Source: Octopus bimaculoides
Taxonomy: Eukaryota
Length of the DNA stretch: 51,452 nt
NCBI RefSeq assembly: GCF_001194135.2
Contig: NC_068984.1
Coordinates: forward strand, 56,452,240-56,503,691
Direction: 5' to 3'
A program made the position numbers and the translations under genes. A model generated the notes under the pieces. It searched no databases. It saw nothing but the letters and a program-made list of their open reading frames with translations, and was not told the origin of the DNA. Below, in pieces: positions 11,455-23,100 of this stretch (positions within the stretch are counted from its first letter, which is position 1; each line of letters begins with the position of its first letter).

Positions 11455-14106
11455 TAGACAACACCCAACTTTAAAAAATGGGAGAAGCTTTTTCAGTTAA
11501 AAAAATTGTAAATATTTTCAGAGGTGAACAATTCAAGGGAGGTTTGGCTATTGTTTCTCACACAACCCAAACCACCCTCTGTTATCATTCTCATATGTAT
11601 TGATGTTTTTTCAATATTTTTCTCCCATTAAACACATTTTATGGAATGATGATGCCGAAGTATGTGTGGTCCATTTGTGGAATATAAGCAACAAAAAAAT
11701 ATTGTAATCTAAATTTTTACCCCACCTGAATCAAACGAAGCCGTCTGTGTAAGAAAAATCATTTCCTAACAGAAAAGTATGCTATTAAAATGAATTATCG
11801 TTTATGTAACTCTTTTTTTAAATCACTGTGGATAAATGCCAGCAATGACCTTCTCAGGCTCTCTAATATTTTAGATTATAAACAGAAACAATCGGGAGCA
11901 GGCAGTGGGGTTGCAAAAAAAAAAATCATAATTTTTCAAATTTTATTTTTTATAACCTGTAAATGTATTTATGGGAAGAAAAATATTGAAAAACACCAAT
12001 ACATGCGAGAGTGATAAAGAAACAAGGAGGGTTGTCTTGGAATGTGCTAGAAACAACTGCTAAATGGCCATTAAATCAGTCACTTTTCCCTCAGAAAATA
12101 TTAACAATTTCTAAAAATTTTTGCNNNNNNNNNNNNNNNNNNNNNNNNNNNNNNNNNNNNNNNNNNNNNNNNNNNNNNNNNNNNNNNNNNNNNNNNNNNN
12201 NNNNNNNNNNNNNNNNNNNNNNNNNNNNNNNNNNNNNNNNNNNNNNNNNNNNNNNNNNNNNNNNNNNNNNNNNNNNNNNNNNNNNNNNNNNNNNNNNNNN
12301 NNNNNNNNNNNNNNNNNNNNNNNNNNNNNNNNNNNNNNAGATACCCATTTTCCTGAAAGTTATGAGGGAGAAAAGTCGGATCATGTGAATTTTCCAAAAC
12401 TCCTCAGAAAAATTCTTTCCTATAAATCCTTATATACTCTGAAGCTACAATATCTAAGCGGTATTTGTTGAAAATTTTGTTAAAAGGTATCCATTTTTCT
12501 GGATGTTATGAAGCAACAAAGTCAGGGGCATATGCATCTCTAGTTATGCCCTTTTATTTATATGATTTTTTCATTTCATGTTTATTTCATTCATTGTTTG
12601 CAATGTTCTCTCTCCCCCTCTCTCACACATACACACATGCACACTGCAAAGCTTACAGATGGGCTGCTGAATTGAAATTTCTATGTTGCTTTGAGAGGAA
12701 AGTAATACTTCACAAACTGCTTCCCCCTCTGTAGTTGGACTACCTTGATGTTTGTTTAAAAAAGAGAAATTATGACTGTGGTAAAATAATGAAAGCATTA
12801 TTTACTAAGCAAGTGAGCACTGTTATACAAAGAGATAATCAGGTGTAAAATATAAAAATCATTAGAATTGGGAATCAAATGTGAAAATATTATTAAGTGG
12901 CTAGCAGAAAACTGCTTGGAAAGCAGTCTTTCTGCTAGTCAATATTATTATAATTATTAGGGAATATCTGGTTTCTTTTGGTCTACACTGTAGCATGCAT
13001 TTCACTCCATCTTCCATGAAACCACCTGAGCTTGATGCAACTGTAATCATATCAACAGGCTGTGTGCTTAAGAAACCTGCTTCCAAACCATATAGTCTCA
13101 AGTTCAGTCCCACTGCACAGCACCTTGGACAAATGTCATTTACTATAGTACCTGGGTGACTGAAGCCTTGTGAGTGGATCTGGTAGTTGGAAACTGAAAG
13201 AAGACCATTGCGCGCGCGTGTGTTTACATGTACCCTTCTCTTGACAACATGGTTGTAAATTGGTGTCACTACCATACAAGTTGTTCATTTCCAGTTTTCC
13301 ATGAACATGCGTGATCATGGGGAAATATTACCTTGCTTGAAAACAAGTGGGGGTTGGCAACAAGAAGGACATCCAACCATAGGAAATTTACCCCAACAAA
13401 TTCCATCTGACCTATGCAACCAAGGAAAAGTGGTCATTAATTGATGATAATATTCACTGAGAATTTTTTCTTTGCTCTAAGCTTTGTTCTCTCTTTGACT
13501 GGCATATGCCTGCCATATATCTATGATGAAGAATTCTCTGCTTCCCTTTCTATTTCTCAATTCATTACTCTGTCCACTGTCAGTGAGGCAGGACATAATG
13601 GGTCTGACTAAAGATCCACTTCATTCTAACTCTGCTGGAAGCATCATACATGCTATTCTCATGCTTTACACAACTCCCCAAGTCTTTCATATTTTAGGTG
13701 TTTCCTTTTCTATCATCGTCATCGTCATTATCATTTTACATCGCTTTTCTATGCTGGCATGGGTTGGATAACTCTTTCAGCATCTCTGACGTGGGTTTTT
13801 TTTTTTTTTTTTGATGGTTGGATGCCTCCCTATTACAATGTGGACTTTGGGTATCTTATCATGCCACTGATAAAAGGTAATCTGAAAAGTTGATTGTATG
13901 CAGTTTGCAGAGTTCATATCTCTTCCATTTGAACATGTAGAATTCATGTTCACATTTGATCTTTACTTTTCAGAAATTTAAGTGTCGATAACTTTTGTCT
14001 TTAATCATTTTCCTTTCATGTTTTTCAGCTTTTTTTTACTGTCAGCAATTAACAACTGTATGGATGATGTTACTTCTCTGTTAAACATTCTGAAAGGCCC
14101 TCAAAG

Positions 14107-14188
14107 ATGAGACAGAAACTCTCACGCCGAAGACGGCACCAGAAGCTTAAGCTTTATGGCATTAATGCTCTCAGCAGTGAGAAAAAAA
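14107..14188 (+). CDS. ACVR1: Candidate first coding exon (exon 14029-14188): [27 protein letters not shown]
   Basis: Acceptor tttcatgtttttcAG at 14028; donor GTAAGT at 14189 in phase 1, matching the next exon; in-frame stop at 14065 precedes the ATG. Not hydrophobic, so its role as first coding exon is uncertain. Confidence 0.5.
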
Positions 14189-17100
14189 GTAAGTTGATGC
14201 TTAATTCGTTTGTTCAATTCTTGTGGTTCCAATAAGTGGTAGGAAATATCTGTGTAGTTGAAGAGGCACAATTGGTCAGAAATATACTCGAATTCTTTTG
14301 ATTGTACTTTATTTGAACAACATCTTTCACCATGGAATGTTGTATACAGTAATTTGATTTTGTAGTTAAACTTTGTTGAAGTTTATCCCATCTTTCACAA
14401 TACTAAGTAGTTGGATATTCTCTCGAAGGTATTCACAGACAATAACTGGTAGTATTTGCACTTACTCTGTTTAATAATTAATGAAATATTTGTTGATTAC
14501 ATAGTGCTCAAATTTATAACCAGGGTTGACTCTAATTCCTTATGATATCAGTTACATGCTAGGAGAACTGGGCTCCCAGTTCCTTAATCTCAGGAAGTGG
14601 GGTTGTATCCATAGTCCTTTAAGGCCCACCTTGACAAGTGAATTCAGACTGCCCTTCTCTATATCAGTATTATAATGGGAAATATGCACTGAGAAGGAAA
14701 GGAGTGCCAGAGATTTGTAGTTCTGGGGAGGAAGTTTTGAGAAAAAGTGTTCAGTGCAAGATATGATGAATGAAATACATTATATACCACCTTTAACCAT
14801 CAAATGGTTAGGGGTGATACATAACTTTCTTGCTCAGAAGAAGCTTGGGCCATTGTTACAGCAGCAGTTGAAGAAGTATAATACAGCAGTTTGTTGGACT
14901 AGTGGTAGTAGTGTGTTCTTAAGTGATGACTTACTTGCTGCCTAGACAGTCATTTTAGGGTGTTTTTTAGCATGAGCAATAAATATGGACTAACAGAATA
15001 TCATCCTCTCTCTCTCAATGAGCTAAAGCAATGAGCAATGTTAATCATGGTTTTTGTCACTTCCCTGGCTGTAGAAACATTTAGCTATTATGTATGTTAT
15101 CTCATCATCAAGCAACTCTATAAATTAATTCAGTTTGCATTCCTACAATAAAAAAAAAATTTGTTTGAGAAAAGTAGTTTAGCTCTTTTGCATTTAAACT
15201 AGCCATATCCAGCCTAAATATTCTTCCTGGATTATGTTGAAACTGGCCAGATCTAACCTCTCATACCTACCATAAAAATAATCACATCATTAAAATCTCA
15301 AAGCTATGAGATAATACACGATTAATTCAAAGCAGTGTGAATAAATATAAAAAAAGGGAGATGATGTGTTGACAGTCTATATTTGTCACTTATGCTAAAA
15401 GCATCTTAAAGTGACTATCTAGCTCAGTGTTTCCCAATCTTTATGCACCAAATTGCAGTACCGCCCACCTATCAGCCAAAAAATGCTCCATCACCCACCT
15501 GTGTAAAAAAAAAAAAAACCCTGACACCCCACTAACACTAAATCCTAGGAGAACCCCCTTTGTATCATTTGACACACACACTATATCATAGACTCGTTGC
15601 CTGGTTAGTGCCATTTGGACTAAATATGCAATTGTTTACAAATCCCTTATTGTGGGTTTAGTTTTTCCATTAGTGTGAATAAAATTCTAATGTTAACTCT
15701 ATATTATGTTGACAGATTAACTTTGGTAAACTTGTGCTTTCTTTTACACTGATTTTTATTTTCCCCAAATGAACCATTGATCAGAACTACCGATGCAAAA
15801 GTAATTAATGATTGTATTATAAAGGAAAAGAATACAACTTTTCAATGAGAACCATGTGTCTGGTGCGATGCAGCTAGTGCAATAATAGAAAGAAAAAAAC
15901 ACAAAAACACTGGGAAAAACACGACAGAAATGCTGCCACGACAAGATAAATACTTGAACAGAGTGAGCAGAGGCTACGCTTGTTGGGAGAGCATGTATGA
16001 GCTCAGTGCCGACTAGTGGTTGCTTGTATGAAATTCGCTTGTACTGCAGATTTCCACTCGTACTGTGGATTTCTACTCATACTTTAAAACAAAAATTTGC
16101 ATGAGCTGTGGCTCATACAGCAAATTACTTGTACAATGATGCACTCATACTGCAAGGTTCTACTGTACTTACTTTGATCAAGAGAGGAAAAAATATACTT
16201 TAGTTCAATGGTTCTAAACTGGGGTCCATATAAAATTCAGAGTCCATTTAAGCAAAATATTAAAATGGAGTAGTATTTAGGGTTCCATGAAAAAATTTTG
16301 CTTCAGATGTATTTATTGCAAGAAACAATGCTTAACTAATGCTTGACGTAGTTCAACATGTCTCTGGCCATTGGAACATGTTCTTTCAGTGAGTGCTATT
16401 GCAAACCTACACAAGTGATTGTGTGATGAACAAAACAAAGATTTTGAAAGAAATATCTATAAAACTGAATGGCTATTGGGGTCCACCAGAGTAAAAGTGG
16501 TCCATAGATAACAAATGGTTGAGAATTACTACTTTAGTTAAACTGTCTCTTAGTTGCTAATGTTTCAATTGACTTCCTGTGAAATTTCCTGTTATTGGAG
16601 AAGAAATATTTTTAAAAAATGATATCTGAGAAACTGTGTGGTGAGCAGATGCAGTTACATTCTGAATTCAAATACCACCAAGATCAACTCTGCCTTTCAT
16701 CCTTCCAAGGCCAATAAAATAAAGTACAATTTAAGTACTGGGGTTCATATAATCAACTAACCCTTGCCCCCAAATTTCTTGCCTTGTATCTTTACGAGAA
16801 GTCAAATAACCTTTAAAATTCTGTTATTATTGATACATTTAATTCTATAATATTTCACAATTTTTTTTTATATGGGCCAACAAGGATGCTGTTATATGGT
16901 TGCTTACTGTACTAGAAAGAGCAGCTGGATCTTGCAAATTGCACCGTATAACTCTGTCGCTTTTAAACAAAAGGGAAGAACACTTTGAATTATTATGCAT
17001 TTGATCATACATCTCTTTGATTAGTGCCGACTTGGGACCAAACATCAATTACCATCTTTTTTATATATAACTATCAGTTTTTTAAAGTTATTACGACTTC

Positions 17101-20100
17101 ACTTGAAAATGAATTATCTATTTATGATCAATTATTGATTAAAATAGAAATGCATCAACTGAAACAATGGGTGTTTCTGAGCCTGAAAATGTTTAGCCAG
17201 TTTTATTGAAATAAGGATGGTTTCAATATGTCAAAGTAAATACTAAGCACCATCTGTGGATTGATGAAGACAGTTGCATAAAGAAGTGCCAATCCCTTTA
17301 AGTGGAGGGAGTTGTGGAAGATGTGCTCCAGGAAGACATGGGATGAGTTATTGAAGGCCGATCAAAAAAAAAAATGAACTTTACGAAGGAAATGACAATG
17401 GACCAAGATATGTGGTATATTGCTGTACTTGAGAACATCTGCCCAGCTCAGCAGAATTGAGATCTTAAAACTAGGGTGCCACTTAAAAAGCATTGGTGTA
17501 GGTGCTGGTATCATGTAAAAAGCACCCAGTACACACTGTAAAGTGGTTAGCATTTGGAAGGGCATCCAACCAGAGAAAACCAAGCCAAAACAAACTGTGG
17601 AACTTGGCCTTGCCAGTTCCTGTCAAGCTGTCCAATCCATATCAGCATGGAAAACTGATATTAAATGTTGATATTGATGATTATGATGATGATCTGATTA
17701 GACCATGGCCCATTTATACAGAATAAAGTTTATAGAAGGAAAATTAAATGATGAAAAATTTAATAGATTTCGGGTACAAATTAACACATTTTTAAAGCAG
17801 AGTATTGTTTAATATCCATTTAAAAAAATTAAGCTACAAAACTATTTTTAACACACTGTATGCAAATCAACCAATATAGTGGCTGCACAGTGAATGAACT
17901 TCAGCTTGTCCATGAAAATCAAAACTAGCCACTTTCAAAAATAGCTGGGGGGTTCTGTAATTTTGGATTTCTGGAAGCCAGTTAAGAGTCTGGTACTGTA
18001 GTTGGATTTCATAATCCAGAGTTAAGCATCTCTGCTAGTGTCACAGCTCTTTGTCATAAACCTTCAGTCAGTTGAGGTCAATGTTACGTTGCCTAAAATG
18101 AGTTACAACTTTCAGTAGAAGCACAAAGTTTTTTGAAAATTATATTTGTAATGAAAAAATTGTTTTGACAAATTAAAAATGAAGCATCATGATATTTACA
18201 GTGAAATGTTGAACTTGTTTTTTTTTTCTTTTTTCTTTTTTATATAAAGGCAAAAATAAAACTATTTCCTGCTTCTGTTGTGACTGCCCAAACTCCTCTT
18301 GTCAAACCTCAACTGTTGTAAGTTTTCCTTTTTTACTCTTAGTTTTGTTGTTTTTATCACTAAAAGTTTCATTTTGATTGAAGGTTGCAGCAGAGTTTCA
18401 ACTCTGGATCAGGCATAGGAATTGAAACAAATGAGTTTATGATCTGTAAATATATTGCTTTCAAATTTTGACACACTGTCAATAATTTTGGATAAGTGAG
18501 TAAGTCAATTACATTGACCCCAGTGCTCAGCTAGTACTTATTCAGTAGTTCAGATGCAGGCATTGCATTTGAATAAAATGCATTGCAATAGGTGCAGGCG
18601 TGGCTTTGTGGTAAGAAGTTTGCTTCCCAACCACATGGTTTCTAGTTCAGTCCCATTGTGTGGCACCTTGAGCAAATGTCTTCTACTATAGCTCCAGGCC
18701 AACCAAAGCCTTGAGAGTGGATTTGCTAGCTGGAAACTGAAAGAAGCCCATCATATATGTGTGTGTTACTGTCCCCTTATTTTGATGTCACATGATGGTC
18801 GTAAATGGGTGTCACTGCAAGCGGTGTCCTTTGTTTCCAGTCTTCTGAGACATGTATGTTCTAAGAGAAACATTATCTTGCATGGAAACAGGTGAGGGTT
18901 GGTGAAAAGAAGGGCATTTGACCATAGAAAATGCACCTCAACAAGTTCCATCCAACCCATGCAAGCATGGAAAATGTGGACATTAAAATGACAATGATTT
19001 AAGTTTTGTCCCTCCACATTCTTTTATGATTTAATGTCAGCTAGGGCCAACTTTACCTTTTAGGTCAATAATTATGTTCTGTGACTGTATTTCTCCTCTA
19101 CAAATTAGTGATCATCTATTAATATAAATTAGTATTGTAAAAATTTTGGGCATAGGTGTTTTTTTTTTATCATGTCTTTTATGGATGCAGTCTGTGAAAT
19201 ATGGCATCATGCCATCCTAGATATGTGAGCAGAGCTTTAAAATTGGGCACATTTGCCAATGTCATTCATATTCCTAATCATCTTGGCATCTGATTTACCA
19301 ATCTGGCGTATGCTGGATGGGTGCCATAATATGTTTTCATGTATTGTTTATCTGTAATACTTTACTTTGTAATATCTGGATGGTCTTCATACTGTTTTTT
19401 TTAAATTTTGTCTCTTTAATTATCTCTCTCCTACCTATTTGTTTCTACAAGTAGCTCACAATATCTAACATCATTGCCATTCATAGAGCTTTTAATACTT
19501 GCAAACAAATCTGGAATCACATGCTATAATTTGAAATATAGAATGAATCATAGATAATGTAGTTTTTGACCAAAAGTGGATGGGGAAGCTGTAATTGGAA
19601 TGTATTACATCATACATCTGCTCACAATCAATTTACCTTTTTGATATCAACTTGTCTGAGATCATCCCTTATTTTGGTATAAACTTTCTTTAAAGTGATC
19701 TAAATCAGGACCTTTCTTCAGAATTTCATGTTATTTTATTTTCTAAACATTAGCTTGATAACAACAAAGCTATTTTACAAACATTTTCTTTAATTTTAAA
19801 AACTAATTGAAACAAAAGCAGTGTATGTCTACAGAAACATGGTAATAAAAGGGTTAAACAAGTCATCCACTCCAAGGCAATAATTTGTTGTTGGCAGAAT
19901 ATAAGGTTACAGATTGTCAAATGGTGTCAAAAACCTCATCCTACTGTCTATGATTCTAAACTCTGTAACAATGTCATATTCTTCATCCCATTTTAATTTT
20001 ATCTTATTCTGTTACTTCCATATGATTTCTTTTCTGCTATTTTTAATCTGCATAAATGTTTCAGGATACAATTTCCAAACCAGCATAAATTAAACTGCTT

Positions 20101-23100
20101 AGTCTTTATTCTTTCTTCTGTTAATTCTGACCTTTATCCCTAACAAGTTACTTTTATTGTATTTTATTCTGCTATTATATTTCATGAACTAACAACACTT
20201 TTTTTGTTTCTAAAGCTTCTAAACAATATTTGCTAATACCCATTAAGGCAAGGAGCAAATAGAGAACTATAACAAAGTAAATTTTTGTCAAAATGACACG
20301 GTGTAGAGTAGTAGATAGGACTATTATAGCCAACCAACTGGCCTAGACAGTTGTGGAAAGGAATGATATCAATATGCTTGATGGCATCAAGAAGAAGATG
20401 CAGACAGTAGATTTGTTACTCTTCTGTACAGTGAGGTTGGGCAATGTGAGACTTTGCAAGGCAGCATGTTCATATGATCAAGGATGCCTTTTGACAAGAA
20501 GTGTGTTTGAAATAACAATGGCACAATTGTCTCCAATGATAGAGAAGGAAAGATACATAGAAATGTTGTCATGAGAAATTATTAAAAAAGGAATTAGGCT
20601 GAGGCAGAAAGTGTTTACTCCACTTAACCCATTTATGGTTAATGAGGCAATAACGGAAGCAACAGGAGTAATTGCTGAGATGTTCAAAATTTCAGGTTAT
20701 ACTGGCCACTCAATTTGTTAAGTTGTTAAAAAATAATTAATTGCGACACAAGCAGTATTAATACCAAATGGTAATATTTACACAGCTTAAAAGTGGATGT
20801 TGTATTAGAACACAGAATACTTTGATAGTTACCATGAAAGAACCTTTCATTTGGTTTTGTGGTGCATATAAGCACTCTTGTTCGCATAACTAGCAGGAGA
20901 CAATCACTGCCATCAATGCTGCCAGGACTACCAAATCATGTGATTTTGGCCTTCCTTGGCATTATCGATGGTAGACACTTAACCAATGGAAATAGCAGCA
21001 ACTGCTATGCTAGTGATATACATGGAATCGCAGTGCCTAACCAGGCTCTGGTGTTGCAAATCACCAGTGGGCTTATTAAAAAATGATAGCGACAGAAGCA
21101 GTATTAATACCAAAAGGTAATATTTATCACCACTTAGAATACTTTGATAGTTACCATTAGAAAACCTCACATATGGTTTTGTGGTGCATATAAGCACTCT
21201 TGTTTACATTGCTAGCAGGAGACAATCACCACCATCACCATTGCCAGGACTACCAGATCATGTTATTTTGGCCTTGTCATTTGTAGATGCCTGATGGCTG
21301 GAAGTAGCAGTGACTGCTTCCACTAGCACTGTAAACGACTGCTTATATGCACCACAACACTATATAAGAGGTTCTCTCATGGTTACTATCACAGTATTCT
21401 GTGTTTTAACACAACATCCACTTTTCAGTTGTGATAAATATTAAGTTTTGTTAGGTTGATGTTTAGCCCTGGGTCAGCCATGATCAAGCAGACTACAATC
21501 AAAGACATTTCAACCACAACATTCTGTCATCTTAGTGGTATGTAAGATTACATTATCCAATGAGTCCTTTCCTTATAGCAGTAGGTTGTGTGAGTTGAGG
21601 AAGATTTGATTGCTATTTCTAGTGTAGACCACCATTTAGAAGCTTCTATGATGGGTCATGCAAGATGTTATCCTCAAAGGACTAACATAGCAGTATAACC
21701 ATCAAGTAACACTAGAGAGCATCCAATTACACTAGAGGGCATCAATTCAGTTGCTGAAGGTTTTACCAAAGCTAATGTTGATACAATTAGCTTGGAAAAG
21801 ATGCAGTTACGGTTTGTGCCATGCTGTTAAAAGACAAATGCCATATTTTTTGCTAAACCACTTCAGAAGCTTAAACAAACCATTTCACTTCGCATTAACT
21901 GGTCTGAAGAAGGCCTTTCATACTAGGTACAAGTAAATGACTTATGAGAACCATTTAAGCCATGTATTTTCCCAACCACATGGTTCTCGGTTCAGTCTCC
22001 ACTGCATGGCACTTTGGGCAAGTGTTCTCTTATAACCTGAGGCTGACCAAAGCCTTGTTAGTGGATTTGGTAGATGGAAACTGAAAGAAGCTCATGTGTT
22101 TGTATGTGTTTGTCCCCTACCACTGCTTGGCAACCAGTGTTGGTGTGTTTACATCTCCATAACCTAGCAGTTCAGCAAAAGAGAGTAATAGAATAAGTAC
22201 CTGGCTTTAAAACAAAAAGTACTGGTGTTAAGTCATTTGGCTAAAAATTCTTCAAGGCAGTGCCCCATCATGGCTGCAGTCTAATGACTAAAACAAGTAA
22301 AAGGTAAAAGATACTAGTAGGTGTTCAGCTGGGATACACCCTTGGCTCCCTTCTATTTAGTATAGTACTTGGGGCTATAATACTAGTGTTCTTGGAAATT
22401 TTATATATACTGATGAAAAAGAAAAAGGTCTGCATTCCAAAGGTCTAAAGGTCAACACAACAAAAACCAAAATGTTAGTTAGCAGTGAAAAGTTTAAAAT
22501 ACAAGAGAAATGTGCTACATTTTTATTTTCTTCTTTTTCCACTATGTTTATAGTTTACCTCTTATTGTTATTCATTGTAATTTCAAACTTATTATTCATA
22601 CAAAAGAGTAAAAGACCCATATTCATGTCTGGTCAGTAGTCTTTAGCATCATCATCATTTAACGTCCGCTTTCCATGCTAGCATGGGTTGGACGATTTGA
22701 CTGAGGACTGGTGAAACCAGATGGCTGCACCAGGCTCCAATCTGATTTGGCNNNNNNNNNNTGGCTGCACCAGGCTCCAATCTGATTTGGCAGAGTTTCT
22801 ACAGCTAGATGCCCTTTCTAACGCCAACCACTCCGAGAGTGTAGTGGGTGCTTTTACGTGCCACCAGCGCAGAAAGAAACAAATATACAAACCTTACTGT
22901 AGAAAAAAATAAAAGGATGTAGGAGGTGGGGGTGTAGTTGTAATAGTTTTATTATACATGTTTTAAATTCTTGTCAATAAATTTATCTCCAACCTTCTTT
23001 ACAGTGTTTTTCTTCCGTCACTCGTGAGCGAGATGGGGAAGTAATCCATCAAAAAGGTTGCACTGAACGACCAGAACTGCTTAGTTGCAACCCAAGTCAG

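Noticed and set aside
15038-15091. Hydrophobic [18 protein letters not shown] as the missing signal-peptide exon
   Set aside because: Its good donor (GTATGT at 15092) is phase 0, while exon 18250 needs phase 1.
16358-16388. [10 protein letters not shown] with a phase-1 GTGAGT donor as a leader exon
   Set aside because: Too short for a signal peptide, in-frame stop just upstream, and it lies inside a hAT MITE.
20353-20574. Cys-containing ORF as a receptor ectodomain exon
   Set aside because: Cys spacing does not fit, and exons 18250-18317 and 23005-23185 already join in phase to complete the domain.
21751-22500. Independent genes in short ORFs ([15 protein letters not shown]; [17 protein letters not shown])
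   Set aside because: They match decayed RTE reverse-transcriptase motifs (AFVDLEKAFD; GLKVN..KTK).
22722-22791. 30-bp direct duplication around a 10-N gap (similar case around 3061-3070)
   Set aside because: Typical unmerged contig overlap, i.e. an assembly artefact.
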